DNA of 64,000 nucleotides from Escherichia coli (GTDB lineage Bacteria; Pseudomonadota; Gammaproteobacteria; Enterobacterales; Enterobacteriaceae): NCBI RefSeq assembly GCF_030384885.1, contig NZ_CP128613.1; one strand, 5' to 3'. Shown piece by piece: positions 51,733 to 62,998 of this stretch (position 1 is its first letter; each line of letters starts with the position of its first letter). The notes under the pieces were generated by a model. It saw only the letters and a program-made list of their open reading frames with translations, ran no database searches and was not told where the DNA came from. The position numbers and the translations under genes were made by a program.

Positions 51733-51742
51733 AATTGATAAC

Positions 51743-52201
51743 TTATTGAGTTGAAACGAGAAGCTTATAAATTTTTTCCAGATCGTCGATATTTCGAACG
51801 CGAATTAACAGCCGGCGCTGTTCTAATTGCATCACCAACACGCCATCTTCCGACAAGTTCATCGCTTTGATTCGGCTATATTCAATCCAGACATTGGCGA
51901 AGAAAAAACCTTTTTGTTTAAAGATGATCTTCGGAACGCGGATCCAGAATATATAAAACCCCATTAGAGCCAGTGCACTTAATAACCATGTCGTTATTTG
52001 CGCGCCATGATTCGTGACGTTGTTATAGATAAGAATGACAATCAGTCCTACGAAGATAACGCTGTCGATGCGGCCACGTCGGAGCAAAGGAATTGCCAGC
52101 AGGGTGGGGCCGTTGCGGCGGGGCATGATGAACTGATCGTAGATCGCGAAGGTCAGGAGTGCGGCGATAAAAAGAATCAGTACCAGGTCCGTGATTGTCA
52201 T
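51743..52201 (-). CDS. yobD: UPF0266 inner membrane protein
   Basis: 152-aa hydrophobic ORF; translation recognised as YobD. Confidence 0.87.
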   Translation of the reverse strand: MTITDLVLILFIAALLTFAIYDQFIMPRRNGPTLLAIPLLRRGRIDSVIFVGLIVILIYNNVTNHGAQITTWLLSALALMGFYIFWIRVPKIIFKQKGFFFANVWIEYSRIKAMNLSEDGVLVMQLEQRRLLIRVRNIDDLEKIYKLLVSTQ

Positions 52202-52255
52202 TAATCCTCCAGATAAAAAAACGGGGCCAAAAGGCCCCGGTAGTGTACAACAGTC

Positions 52256-53116
52256 TTACAGTCCCAGCAGGCCGCAAGCGTAACCAGCGATACCGATGAC
52301 GAAGAAGCCAACGATGATCCACAGCGGGTTAACTTTTTTGCGCAGCAGCCACATACAAGCAAAGGTCAGCAGCAGTGGTACCAGGCCCGGCATTAACTGG
52401 TCAAGAATAGTCTGGACAGTGGTAACGTGTTCTTTGCCCGTCTGGTCAGTAATGCGAGAGACAACCAGCGGGATGTTGACATGTGTCCACTTGTTAACCA
52501 ATGCCCCCATGACAAACAGGCCGAGAATAGACGCCCCTTCCGTCAGTTTTTGCAGGAAGCCGCCACCCATATCTTTAACGATATCGATACCTTTGGAGTA
52601 ACCATACGCTACGCCGTAGTAACGGGTTGCCAGACGCACCAGGTTAAACAGGATGAAGAACAGCAGCGGACCTAACAGGCTGCCGCTCATCGCGATACCG
52701 GCACCCAGCGCTGCAAATACCGGACGTACCGTTCCCCAGAAGATCGGGTCGCCCACACCAGCCAGCGGTCCCATCAAACCAACTTTGATACCGTTGATAG
52801 CACCGTCGTCGATCTCTGCGCCATTAGCACGCTGCTCTTCCAGCGCCAGGGTTACGCCGAGAATCGGCGCAGCCACGAACGGCTGGGTATTAAAGAACTC
52901 CAGGTGACGGCGAATAGCTTGTTTACGAGCTTCGTTGTTCTCAGGGTAGAGGCGACGAATTGCCGGTACCATAGAGAAGCAGAAGCCCAGTGCCTGCATA
53001 CGTTCGAAGTTCCATGAACCCTGGAAGAGGTTAGAACGCAGGAAGACGCCACGAATATCACTTTGAGTGAGTTTTTTCTCGGTGGTAGTTTGAGTTGTAT
53101 CAACCATTTCGCTCAC
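52256..53116 (-). CDS. manZ: Mannose PTS EIID component
   Basis: 286-aa ORF; translation recognised as ManZ. Confidence 0.95.
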   Translation of the reverse strand: MSEMVDTTQTTTEKKLTQSDIRGVFLRSNLFQGSWNFERMQALGFCFSMVPAIRRLYPENNEARKQAIRRHLEFFNTQPFVAAPILGVTLALEEQRANGAEIDDGAINGIKVGLMGPLAGVGDPIFWGTVRPVFAALGAGIAMSGSLLGPLLFFILFNLVRLATRYYGVAYGYSKGIDIVKDMGGGFLQKLTEGASILGLFVMGALVNKWTHVNIPLVVSRITDQTGKEHVTTVQTILDQLMPGLVPLLLTFACMWLLRKKVNPLWIIVGFFVIGIAGYACGLLGL

Positions 53117-53119
53117 CTG

Positions 53120-53920
53120 TTAGTCCAGTTCGTTATCGAGATCGTTGTTACCAGCTGCCTGAGCAGGCGCACCGGCTACGCGGTTGTATTTCGGGCTAAG
53201 TTGGATGTAGAGCACTGCCATAACAGTACCAATCACACCCAGAGCAACCAGGTTAAAGTTGGTGAATGCTGCGGTTACGAAGCCGAGGTAGAAGAACGGC
53301 ATCAGGTAGCCAGCACGCATCATGTTGATAACCATCGCATAACCAACCACCACGATCATGCCACCGGCGATATTCAGACCATTGGTTACCACTTCCGGAA
53401 TCGCATTCAGCATGTTCTGTACTTCGCTGGTACCAACAGACAGCGCAACGATGACGGCTGGAATAGCCACACGCATTGCTTGCAGGAACAGAGAAGAAAC
53501 GTGGATCCAGGAAATCGCTGTCAGGTTGCCGTTATCTGCAGCCTTATCCGCAGCGTGCTGGAAAGCAACGGTAATAGTACGAACGATGATGGTCAGTACC
53601 TGACCTGCAGCAGCCAGAGGGATTGCCAGTGCGATACCCGCACCAATGCTCTGATGACCTGCGATAACCAGAATAGTAGAAATGATGGAAGCCAGAGCGG
53701 CGTCAGGCGCAACTGCAGCACCGATGTTCATCCAGCCCAGCGCGATCATTTCCAGCGTACCACCGATAATAATACCGGTTTTCATATCGCCAAGAACGAT
53801 ACCCACCAGGGTACACGCGATTAGCGGACGGTGAAACTGAAATTCATCGAGGATTGATCCCATACCTGCGATACAGGCTACGATAAATACCAGCACAATT
53901 TGAAGAGTGGTAATCTCCAT
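53120..53920 (-). CDS. manY: Mannose PTS EIIC component
   Basis: 266-aa hydrophobic ORF; translation recognised as ManY. Confidence 0.95.
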   Translation of the reverse strand: MEITTLQIVLVFIVACIAGMGSILDEFQFHRPLIACTLVGIVLGDMKTGIIIGGTLEMIALGWMNIGAAVAPDAALASIISTILVIAGHQSIGAGIALAIPLAAAGQVLTIIVRTITVAFQHAADKAADNGNLTAISWIHVSSLFLQAMRVAIPAVIVALSVGTSEVQNMLNAIPEVVTNGLNIAGGMIVVVGYAMVINMMRAGYLMPFFYLGFVTAAFTNFNLVALGVIGTVMAVLYIQLSPKYNRVAGAPAQAAGNNDLDNELD

Positions 53921-53982
53921 TGTACTTCTCCTGTTTACGTAAGACTTAAGTGTGAAAACTGAGTGATAATCAACACAATACG

Positions 53983-54954
53983 TTACTTATCGATTTTGCT
54001 GATCAGATCCATCATTTTCAGTTTCGGATCGGTGGAAACCTTACGGACTTCCAGCTCAATACCGCGCGCATTCAGTTTCTTGAACGCCTCGATATCTTTT
54101 TCATCAACCGAAACCGCGTTATTCACCTGGGTTTTACCCTGACGGAATGCCATACCACCAACGTTAACAGAGGTGATTTTCACGCCGCCTTCAACGAGAC
54201 GCTCTACATCTGTAGGGTTGGTAAATAACAGCATTACGCGTTCGCCAGCATATTTCGGGTTGTTGTAGACGCGAATCATTTTGGCAACATCAACTACGTG
54301 TGCTGTTACGCCCGGAGGTGCAACCTGGGTGAGCAGTGTCTTACGAACGGTATCCGCAGCCACTTCATCACTAACAACAATAATACGGGAGACATTGGTT
54401 TCTTTGGTCCAACGGGTGGCGACCTGACCGTGAATCAGACGGTCGTCGATACGCGCAAGGCCAATAACCATGTAGTCGTTTGGTCCCATTGGTTTTGCCG
54501 GAGTTGGAGCCGCTTTTGGTGCTGCGGCAACGGGTGCTGGCGCGGCTTTTTCAACCGGTTTGGCTTTCAGTGCTTTCACGCCTTCACGGCCTGTTTCTAC
54601 TGCCAGCGCCACCAGTTCATCAAAGCTTGGGTCATCATCACGGGCCATTAACGTTTCCACGAGCATTGGAATGTTAACGCCTGCAATGACTTCATAATGC
54701 TCTTTGTCGACGACAATGCGGCTGGCAGCATTGAACGGGCTGCCTCCCCATGTATCAACGAGAAACAGCACGCCTTTAGTGGTGTCGAGTTTTGCCAACT
54801 GAGCGTTGTACTTTTCAATCAGCGTTTCGGCATTTTCACCTGGAACGAAATCGATCCAGCCGACGTTTTCCTGCTCGCCTAACAGCATTTCTGCCGTTTT
54901 AAGCAACTGCTCTGCAGCCCAACCATGTGTGCCTATAACAATAGCAATGGTCAC
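53983..54954 (-). CDS. manX: Mannose PTS EIIAB component
   Basis: 323-aa ORF; Ala/Pro-rich interdomain linker; translation recognised as ManX. Confidence 0.95.
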   Translation of the reverse strand: MTIAIVIGTHGWAAEQLLKTAEMLLGEQENVGWIDFVPGENAETLIEKYNAQLAKLDTTKGVLFLVDTWGGSPFNAASRIVVDKEHYEVIAGVNIPMLVETLMARDDDPSFDELVALAVETGREGVKALKAKPVEKAAPAPVAAAPKAAPTPAKPMGPNDYMVIGLARIDDRLIHGQVATRWTKETNVSRIIVVSDEVAADTVRKTLLTQVAPPGVTAHVVDVAKMIRVYNNPKYAGERVMLLFTNPTDVERLVEGGVKITSVNVGGMAFRQGKTQVNNAVSVDEKDIEAFKKLNARGIELEVRKVSTDPKLKMMDLISKIDK

Positions 54955-55416
54955 TTGCTACCTCCTTTATTATCGTTAACACCTCAACGTGCCAGATGTA
55001 TTTTTGAATCGTCGTCCACAATCGAATCGATTCAGATAAGGGCTACAACCAAAAACCCCTGCGTTTCGCGATTTATTTTAGATATCGAAAAAATTATTTT
55101 ATGTGATGAAGATCCGTAATTTAACTTTCGATTAGCAGAAATTTCGAAAGGTAAAATATCCTTGTCACATTCGTTTGCAAAGGAAGGTAAATCTTTGCCA
55201 AATCAGATGTGTCTCTGATATGTTTAACTCCCGTTTAACAACCATGGAGTATAGGGCAGTAGCCCGCAGTATGGATCGTCACCGACGTCATTTCAGCATC
55301 AGGCCTTTTAACGCCTGCCTTTCTGGCACTCTATGCCGCACCTTTCGTTTGCATTTTGTCGTTACGCCTGCATTATTTCTGGCGTCGAATAGCTATTCCT
55401 TAAGCAGGAGCTTGTC

Positions 55417-56973
55417 ATGGAATTCTTAATGGACCCCTCAATTTGGGCGGGGCTACTCACGCTTGTTGTTCTCGAAATTGTGCTGGGTATCGATAACCTG
55501 GTCTTCATCGCCATTCTTGCTGACAAACTGCCGCCAAAACAACGCGATAAAGCGCGTTTGCTGGGGTTATCACTGGCGCTGATTATGCGTCTGGGGCTGC
55601 TGTCGCTGATTTCATGGATGGTCACGCTGACCAAACCGCTATTTACCGTCATGGATTTCTCCTTCTCCGGACGCGACCTGATTATGTTGTTCGGGGGGAT
55701 ATTCTTGCTGTTCAAAGCAACAACCGAACTGCATGAACGGCTGGAAAACCGCGATCATGATTCCGGCCACGGTAAAGGCTACGCCAGTTTCTGGGTGGTC
55801 GTCACACAGATTGTCATCCTTGACGCCGTCTTCTCGTTGGATGCGGTAATTACTGCAGTAGGGATGGTTAACCATCTGCCGGTGATGATGGCGGCGGTAG
55901 TGATTGCGATGGCGGTTATGTTGCTGGCATCCAAACCGCTGACGCGATTCGTTAACCAGCACCCCACGGTGGTGGTGCTCTGTCTGAGCTTCCTGTTAAT
56001 GATTGGTCTGAGTCTGGTGGCAGAAGGTTTCGGTTTCCACATTCCGAAAGGTTACCTGTATGCCGCGATTGGCTTCTCGATCATCATCGAAGTGTTTAAC
56101 CAGATTGCGCGTCGCAACTTTATTCGCCACCAGTCGACTTTGCCGCTGCGAGCGCGTACTGCCGATGCCATCCTGCGTTTGATGGGCGGGAAACGTCAGG
56201 CCAATGTTCAGCACGATGCCGATAACCCGATGCCGATGCCGATCCCGGAAGGTGCATTTGCCGAAGAAGAACGTTACATGATTAACGGCGTACTGACGCT
56301 GGCGTCGCGTTCTCTGCGCGGGATCATGACGCCGCGCGGTGAAATAAGCTGGGTTGACGCTAATCTCGGGGTCGATGAAATCCGCGAGCAACTGCTCTCT
56401 TCACCGCACAGTCTGTTCCCGGTATGTCGCGGTGAACTGGATGAAATCATCGGTATTGTACGTGCTAAAGAACTGCTGGTGGCGCTGGAAGAGGGCGTTG
56501 ATGTGGCGGCGATTGCTTCGGCGTCTCCGGCGATTATCGTCCCGGAAACCCTCGATCCGATCAACCTGTTGGGCGTGCTGCGTCGTGCTCGCGGGAGCTT
56601 TGTTATCGTGACCAACGAGTTTGGTGTGGTACAAGGTCTGGTCACGCCGCTGGATGTGCTGGAAGCCATTGCGGGTGAATTCCCGGACGCTGACGAAACG
56701 CCGGAAATCATTACCGATGGTGACGGCTGGCTGGTAAAAGGCGGTACAGATTTGCATGCCTTGCAGCAGGCGCTTGATGTTGAGCACCTTGCCGATGACG
56801 ATGATATCGCGACGGTCGCGGGCCTCGTGATCTCGGCAAATGGTCACATTCCCCGTGTGGGCGATGTGATTGATGTAGGGCCACTGCATATCACCATCAT
56901 TGAAGCCAATGATTATCGTGTTGATCTGGTTCGCATTGTTAAAGAGCAACCGGCGCACGATGAAGATGAGTAA
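55417..56973 (+). CDS. yoaE: TerC-CBS-CorC domain inner membrane protein
   Basis: 518-aa ORF; translation recognised as YoaE. Confidence 0.92.
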
Positions 56974-56976
56974 GCG

Positions 56977-58575
56977 TTAACGTAACGGCATAACGGGCGT
57001 GATATGTCCATTATGCCGGGCGGGCGGCGGTTGGCTGCCCGCCAGCCATTTGGGAAAATCACGTAGCGGCATCGGCTGTGCGTACAAATACCCTTGCAAA
57101 ATATGCACGCCATGACGGCGCAAATACTTCGCCTGTTCTTGTGTTTCCACACCCTCCGCCACCAGTTCAATATTCAGTCTTTGCCCCAGTGCGATGATGA
57201 TATCGGTCACCGTCGAGTTAACCGCGTCAGAACCTATAGCTGCGGTAAATGACTTATCAATTTTCAGCACGTCAGGACGTAATGTTTCAAGCCAGGAAAA
57301 TGAACTGTTGCCGGTGCCGAAGTCATCAATCGCCAGTTTGACGTTTTTACGATGCAGCTCGCGGGCAATCCGATAATCAACATCCAGTAAGGCATCGCGT
57401 TCGGTGATTTCGAGGATCAGTTGCTGAATCGGGTGAGCGCTAAACCAGTACTGATTGAGATCTTTTATCAGCACACCACGGCGAAAATGGCTGGGTGCGA
57501 CGTTAATGCCAACATGAAACTGACTACTCATTGGGAAAACATGCCGCTGACGGATGGTTTCTGCCATCACATAGCGGGTCAGTGGCACAATTAAATGATG
57601 TTCTTCCGCGATAGGAATAAACACATCCGGTGAAATCCAGCCCTGACGTGGATTGTTCCAGCGCAGCAAAATCTCTACACCAATACATTGCTGGCTGCGC
57701 GCATTAAGCAAAGGCTGGCAGAACAATTCGAACTCATGTTGCGCCAGGCCCAGATTGATTTCACGGGAAAAACTCATCCGGTAAGCGGTCGCCAGCCAGG
57801 CGATATAGCCCACAAGTAAACTTAGCAGCACCGCCAGCGGTAATTGTGTTGGAAGATAGTGCCATGCCAGCGCCGTAGCCCCCGGACCATTAACGTTAAT
57901 GGTAAAAGGAAAGCGTTGCGAAGAAACATGATAGTTTTCATTGTCTTCAGGTTGCGGAAGGGAATCTACCAGCCCATTACCATAGAGCAAATGCCGATCG
58001 TCCACCGTCAGGCTGGCGCTACTGATTTGCGGCAGTTGTGGCTCAAGCAGCATTGCCGCCAGTAAGTCGATGTTGATCATCTCCATGACCCCAGCATTGC
58101 TACTGCCCGCTGCAGGCGTCCATTGAATCAAAACCGGACTGCCTTTAATCAGGGCATGGTCGGTCGTCAGTCGTAAAAGTGGTTGCGGTGCAGGAAGTTC
58201 AGCCAGAATGTCCACGACGGGCACATTGCGATAACCAAAAATGCTGGAGCAATAAAGTGTGCCGTCTTGCACCAGGCCAATGGATCGCACAGTTTGGAGT
58301 TTTGCCGCCTGTTTACGTAATGGCAAATGGGCGACAGAGCAGGGCAGACCAATTAGCGGAAGTAAGACTTCGCTACCTGCCTGTAGGGGAAGCAGTACTT
58401 TATCTAATTCCTCTACAGCGTGATTGGCGAATTGTACTACCCGTTGTTGATTTAAGTTACGCTGTGAAATAAATCGCACGCTCAGGGTCGAAGCGAGCGT
58501 AACGAGTGCGCAAATCGTACAAACAATCATTCGATTACGGCGATAGGTTTTAATGATCCGTTGTGCTTTTTGCAT
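56977..58575 (-). CDS. pdeD: c-di-GMP phosphodiesterase (CSS periplasmic domain plus EAL domain)
   Basis: Track ORF trimmed to Met at MQKAQRIIKT (532 aa); EAL motifs EITER and DDFGTG. Confidence 0.87.
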   Translation of the reverse strand: MQKAQRIIKTYRRNRMIVCTICALVTLASTLSVRFISQRNLNQQRVVQFANHAVEELDKVLLPLQAGSEVLLPLIGLPCSVAHLPLRKQAAKLQTVRSIGLVQDGTLYCSSIFGYRNVPVVDILAELPAPQPLLRLTTDHALIKGSPVLIQWTPAAGSSNAGVMEMINIDLLAAMLLEPQLPQISSASLTVDDRHLLYGNGLVDSLPQPEDNENYHVSSQRFPFTINVNGPGATALAWHYLPTQLPLAVLLSLLVGYIAWLATAYRMSFSREINLGLAQHEFELFCQPLLNARSQQCIGVEILLRWNNPRQGWISPDVFIPIAEEHHLIVPLTRYVMAETIRQRHVFPMSSQFHVGINVAPSHFRRGVLIKDLNQYWFSAHPIQQLILEITERDALLDVDYRIARELHRKNVKLAIDDFGTGNSSFSWLETLRPDVLKIDKSFTAAIGSDAVNSTVTDIIIALGQRLNIELVAEGVETQEQAKYLRRHGVHILQGYLYAQPMPLRDFPKWLAGSQPPPARHNGHITPVMPLR

Positions 58576-58705
58576 GCGGGCCACCCTGTAAGCGTATGGC
58601 GACAAACGCCTGACGCAACAGTGGAAGTGTAGTGGGGAAAATTACAGCAGACGAGAAAGCGGGGATAAATTCGCCCATCCGTTGCAGATGGGCGAGGATA
58701 AAGTA

Positions 58706-60070
58706 TTAGTCACACTGGACTTTAATTGCCAGACCACCACGAGACGTTTCGCGGTACTTGGCGTTCATGTCTTTACCGGTTTCGTACATCGTTTCGATGA
58801 CTTTATCCAGCGAGACGCGCGGCGCACTGGTGCGACGCAGGGCCATCCGCGCGGCGTTAATCGCCTTGACTGACGCAATGGCGTTACGTTCAATGCACGG
58901 CACCTGAACTTGCCCTGCAACAGGGTCACAGGTCAGACCGAGGTTGTGCTCCATGCCAATTTCCGCTGCCACACAAACCTGTTCCGGGCTACCGCCCAAC
59001 AGCTCGGCAAGGCCCGCAGCAGCCATTGAACAGGCAACACCCACTTCGCCCTGGCAACCGACTTCCGCACCGGAAATAGAGGCGTTCATTTTATACAGTG
59101 CACCAATCGCGCCCGCAGCCATAAAGTAACGGGTATAGATGTCCGGGCTAACCGATTCAATAAAGTGGTCATAATAAGCCAGCACTGCCGGAACAATGCC
59201 ACAAGCACCGTTGGTTGGCGCAGTGACCACACGACCACCGGCGGCGTTTTCTTCGTTAACTGCCAGCGCAAACATGTTTACCCAGTCAATGACATTCATC
59301 GGATCGTTAGACAGTTTATCGCTGGAAACCAGCATCCGGCGCAGGGCCGACGCACGACGCGGCACGCGCAGCGGGCCTGGCAGTACGCCTTCGGTGTTCA
59401 TCCCGCGATCGATACATGCCTGCATGGTTTGCCAGACATGCGCGAAATACTCGTCGATCTCTTTCTTGCTGTGCAGCGCCAGTTCGTTCTGCATAGCGAG
59501 ACCAGACAGCGAATAGCCGGTTTCATTACAGTACGCGAGCAGTTCGGTGGCAGATTTGAACGGATACGGCACGCTCACTTCGTTGGCGGCATCCTGACCA
59601 AAGTGTTCTTCATCGACGATAAAACCGCCGCCGATGGAATAATAAGTTTTGCTGTAGACGACTTCATCGCCGTTATAGGCGTGGATTTGCATACCGTTTT
59701 CATGCAGCGGCAGGTTGCCGTTATGAAAACGCATCCCGTTGTCGCGCGGGAAATCCACTTCATGCCGTCCCTGTGCCAGCAGCAGACGTTCGCGCTCTTC
59801 TACGTCGCGAATAAAACCGGGAATACTGTCGATATCCACGGTGGCAGGTTCGTTACCTGCAAGACCCATAATAATGGCGATATCGGTGTGGTGGCCTTTA
59901 CCCGTCAGCGACAGTGAACCATAAACGTCCACGGCAACGCGAGTAACGCTATCCAGTAAGCCTTTTTCGACCAGATCATCGACGAACTGTTTACCCGCCT
60001 TCATAGGCCCTACGGTATGGGAAGATGAGGGACCAATCCCCACCTTAAACATGTCGAATAGACTAATCAC
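58706..60070 (-). CDS. sdaA: L-serine dehydratase 1
   Basis: 454-aa ORF; translation recognised as SdaA. Confidence 0.97.
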   Translation of the reverse strand: MISLFDMFKVGIGPSSSHTVGPMKAGKQFVDDLVEKGLLDSVTRVAVDVYGSLSLTGKGHHTDIAIIMGLAGNEPATVDIDSIPGFIRDVEERERLLLAQGRHEVDFPRDNGMRFHNGNLPLHENGMQIHAYNGDEVVYSKTYYSIGGGFIVDEEHFGQDAANEVSVPYPFKSATELLAYCNETGYSLSGLAMQNELALHSKKEIDEYFAHVWQTMQACIDRGMNTEGVLPGPLRVPRRASALRRMLVSSDKLSNDPMNVIDWVNMFALAVNEENAAGGRVVTAPTNGACGIVPAVLAYYDHFIESVSPDIYTRYFMAAGAIGALYKMNASISGAEVGCQGEVGVACSMAAAGLAELLGGSPEQVCVAAEIGMEHNLGLTCDPVAGQVQVPCIERNAIASVKAINAARMALRRTSAPRVSLDKVIETMYETGKDMNAKYRETSRGGLAIKVQCD

Positions 60071-60253
60071 GATAATACTCCTGACAAGGTGACTGGACTT
60101 CCAGTAACGAACGAATAACAGCGCATAGTGTAAGAGGGAACGCGGCGACTGGCTTAACTATTCACATGAATTAAACTAATCAAAAACCGCGATTTAACTA
60201 ATATTGCGATGATTGTCTCAAGTAGTGTTTTGTAGATGTAAAGATAAGTATAG

Positions 60254-60832
60254 TCAGGGTTTCACACCAATTTGCAGCGCCAGCTCACGAATTATGCCTG
60301 CGGTCATTCCCCATACAAAATACTGTTCATACCAGGACAGCCATACCCGATGTGAATCGCCACGGCGGTAGATATCTAAAGGGTGATAACGACCCAGATG
60401 TAATGCCTGGGCGAGCGGCATTTCAAACACAGCGGAGACTTCATCTTCACTGGCGCGATACGGTAGATCGGGCGGGATAATGCCGACCACCGGGGTTACC
60501 TGGTAGCCAGTTACGCTATCGACGGGCGGCAGCACGCCGATAACTTCAACGGCGGAAGGCGGTATAGCGACCTCTTCTTCAGCTTCGCGCAGCGCAGCGG
60601 CGATAACTGACGCGTCCGTATCATCGACTGCACCTCCAGGGAATGCCACTTGTCCGGCGTGTTTACGCAGATGAATCGAACGCTGAGTCAGCAACAACCC
60701 CGGTTGCGGTCGGCGGACGATGGGGATTAACACGGCAGCCTGACGATGATTTAGGGTTTCCCGGTTAATTTGCGGGCGCAAAAGTTGAAAACGCGATAAA
60801 AAATCATCAAGCGTCAGGCTACGGTATTCCAC
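60254..60832 (-). CDS. nudL: CoA pyrophosphohydrolase (Nudix)
   Basis: 192-aa ORF; Nudix box region; 3 nt after pabB. Confidence 0.9.
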
Positions 60833-60835
60833 GTC

Positions 60836-62197
60836 TTACTTCTCCAGTTGGCGTAATATCTTATTAACTTTATCAAAAGTTTCCTGATATTCCGCTTCTT
60901 CCTGGCTATCGGCGACAATTCCACCGCCCGCAGAGCAGTATATTTGTCCGTTAATGGCAGTCAGCGTGCGGATAGTAATGCTGGTATCCATGTTGCCGCA
61001 AAAGCTCAAATAGCCAATGCTGCCGCACCAGGCATTGCGTCGCTGCGGTTCCAGTTCGTCGATAATTTCCATAGCCCGTACTTTCGGTGCTCCAGTTATT
61101 GAGCCACCAGGAAAAGCTGCGCGCAGCAGATCGCTGGTGTGTAACTGTTCTGGTAGTTGCGCCGTTATGGTGCTGACCAGATGATGCACGGCAGGGAAGG
61201 GTTCCACCACGAACAGCTCTGGTACTTTTACCGAACCTGCTACGGCAACACGACCGATATCATTACGCATTAAATCGACAATCATCAGATTTTCGGCACG
61301 ATCTTTCGCTGAGTTCGCCAGTTTTTCTGCTTGTTTGCTATCTTCCTGAGGATCGGGCAGGCGTGGTAGCGTGCCTTTAATCGGGCGGGTCTGGATTTCA
61401 CTATTATCACAAAGAATAAACCGCTCTGGCGAAAGGCTTAAAATCGCGCCCTGTTCAAGACGTAAAAAAGCGCTAAATGGCGCGCGGTTGGCCTGATTAA
61501 GCTGAAGGAATGCCTGCCATTCATCGCCAGAATAGGTCGCATGGAAACGCTGGGCGAGATTCACCTGATAGCAATCACCGCTGTGCAGATATTCCTGTAC
61601 CTGGCGAAATTTTTCGCCGTACAGCTCGCGGGTCATATTGGATTGCCAGTCGGAAGTGAGCGTGAAATCTTCCTGCGGCGAGAATTGCTGGCTTTCCAGC
61701 CAGGCCCGACGGGCATTGACATCATTATGACTCAGCAAAGAAACTGTTTGACGCTGGTGGTCGACAATGAGCGCCCAGTCGTAGATACCCACAGCCATAT
61801 CCGGCAGAACGATATCTTGCTGCGCAATTTCTGGCAGTGACTCAAAACGGCGGCCCAGATCGTAGCCAAACAACCCCAGCGCGCCGCCCTGAAATGGCAA
61901 ATCTTCGTTATGCGCTGGGCGAATGTCTGCGCGATCCAGCACCTGCTGGAGCACCTGTAGCGGGTCATCAGTGGTCGTTGTGCGTTTTTCGCTTTCACTA
62001 ACAACGGTTTCTTTACCGAAAGTGGTTAAAGTGCAAATCGGCTCGGCGACCACAATATCAAAGCGGCTATATGGATGATCGGCATAGCCGGAGTGTAAAA
62101 GCATCGCCCACGGCAGGTGACTTAAGCGGGAGAAATAAAATTCAGCGGCGTCCTGACGCCAGGGTAAAGTAATCACAGCGGGAGATAACGTCTTCAT
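60836..62197 (-). CDS. pabB: Aminodeoxychorismate synthase component I
   Basis: 453-aa ORF; chorismate-binding family; translation recognised as PabB. Confidence 0.95.
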   Translation of the reverse strand: MKTLSPAVITLPWRQDAAEFYFSRLSHLPWAMLLHSGYADHPYSRFDIVVAEPICTLTTFGKETVVSESEKRTTTTDDPLQVLQQVLDRADIRPAHNEDLPFQGGALGLFGYDLGRRFESLPEIAQQDIVLPDMAVGIYDWALIVDHQRQTVSLLSHNDVNARRAWLESQQFSPQEDFTLTSDWQSNMTRELYGEKFRQVQEYLHSGDCYQVNLAQRFHATYSGDEWQAFLQLNQANRAPFSAFLRLEQGAILSLSPERFILCDNSEIQTRPIKGTLPRLPDPQEDSKQAEKLANSAKDRAENLMIVDLMRNDIGRVAVAGSVKVPELFVVEPFPAVHHLVSTITAQLPEQLHTSDLLRAAFPGGSITGAPKVRAMEIIDELEPQRRNAWCGSIGYLSFCGNMDTSITIRTLTAINGQIYCSAGGGIVADSQEEAEYQETFDKVNKILRQLEK

Positions 62198-62270
62198 CAG
62201 TCCTGACTCTACTGGCTATGTGCCGGGTAGCATGAAATAATTAGCGCCAACAATTTAGCAGGAGTTAACA

Positions 62271-62450
62271 ATGTTTGCAGGTTTACCTTCACTCACCCAT
62301 GAACAGCAGCAAAAAGCCGTCGAGCGGATCCAGGAACTGATGGCACAAGGGATGAGCAGCGGCCAGGCAATCGCGTTGGTGGCAGAAGAGCTGCGTGCCA
62401 ACCATTCCGGCGAGCGAATCGTGGCGCGTTTTGAGGATGAAGACGAGTAA
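62271..62450 (+). CDS. yoaH: UPF0181 small protein YoaH
   Basis: 59-aa [62 protein letters not shown] with GGAG RBS; below the ORF-track size cutoff. Confidence 0.8.
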
Positions 62451-62456
62451 CACAAA

Positions 62457-62909
62457 ATGATCCGTATCGATTTCGTCACGGATGACGCCCTGTATCTTGA
62501 TACGGATAGCCTCATCGGCTGGGATTTTTCCGGCATGAACTTACATCGTGCCATTTTTGACGGTATGTGCCTGGACGGCGCGCGGTTTAATCATGCGCAT
62601 CTGCGTAATATCAGTTTTATCAACGCGTCCCTGATTGGGGCCGACCTCTCGTCCAGCGCACTGATGTGTGCCTGGTTAAACAGCGCCGATCTGACCAATT
62701 GTAATTTTGCTCAGTCACGACCCATTGATGCTGATTTTAGGCATGCACGACTTTGTGGGGCAGATTTTACCGACACCGATTTAAGAGGTGCTAATTTTTC
62801 ATCGACACATCTTCAGAATGTTTGTTTTAACGGGGCGCATTATGACAAACGAACTGTCTGGCCCGCAGAGTTTTATCCAAGGATTAACGGGGCTGTGTTG
62901 GTTGATTGA
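62457..62909 (+). CDS. Pentapeptide-repeat protein (Qnr/McbG-like fold), function unknown
   Basis: 150-aa ORF starting 6 nt after yoaH stop; about 20 consecutive A(D/N)(L/F)xx pentapeptides, e.g. ADLSSSALMCAWLNSADLTNCNFAQ; no strong RBS, possibly coupled to yoaH. Confidence 0.6.
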   Translation: MIRIDFVTDDALYLDTDSLIGWDFSGMNLHRAIFDGMCLDGARFNHAHLRNISFINASLIGADLSSSALMCAWLNSADLTNCNFAQSRPIDADFRHARLCGADFTDTDLRGANFSSTHLQNVCFNGAHYDKRTVWPAEFYPRINGAVLVD

Positions 62910-62998
62910 ATTTGGCGGGGTTTATGATGGCAAGAAAAAGACGCTTTTATGTGGTCAACAAAAGCGCCCTGGTCAATTTTTGCTGATAGAGAATTAAC

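Noticed and set aside
55073-55100. Possible Mlc/NagC-type operator upstream of manX (ttattttagatatcgaaaaaattatttt)
   Set aside because: AT-rich and partly symmetric, but I could not align it convincingly to the TT-N6-CGnnCG-N6-AA type consensus by eye; needs a PWM scan.
55175-55429. 84-aa plus-strand ORF in the manX-yoaE intergenic region
   Set aside because: It overlaps the yoaE start region, has no RBS and an Arg/Ser-rich low-complexity translation; likely non-coding promoter or leader sequence.
58672-58694. Hairpin cgcccatc-cgttgca-gatgggcg downstream of sdaA as terminator
   Set aside because: Stem is good but the flanking U-run on the sdaA strand is weak; left as unconfirmed.
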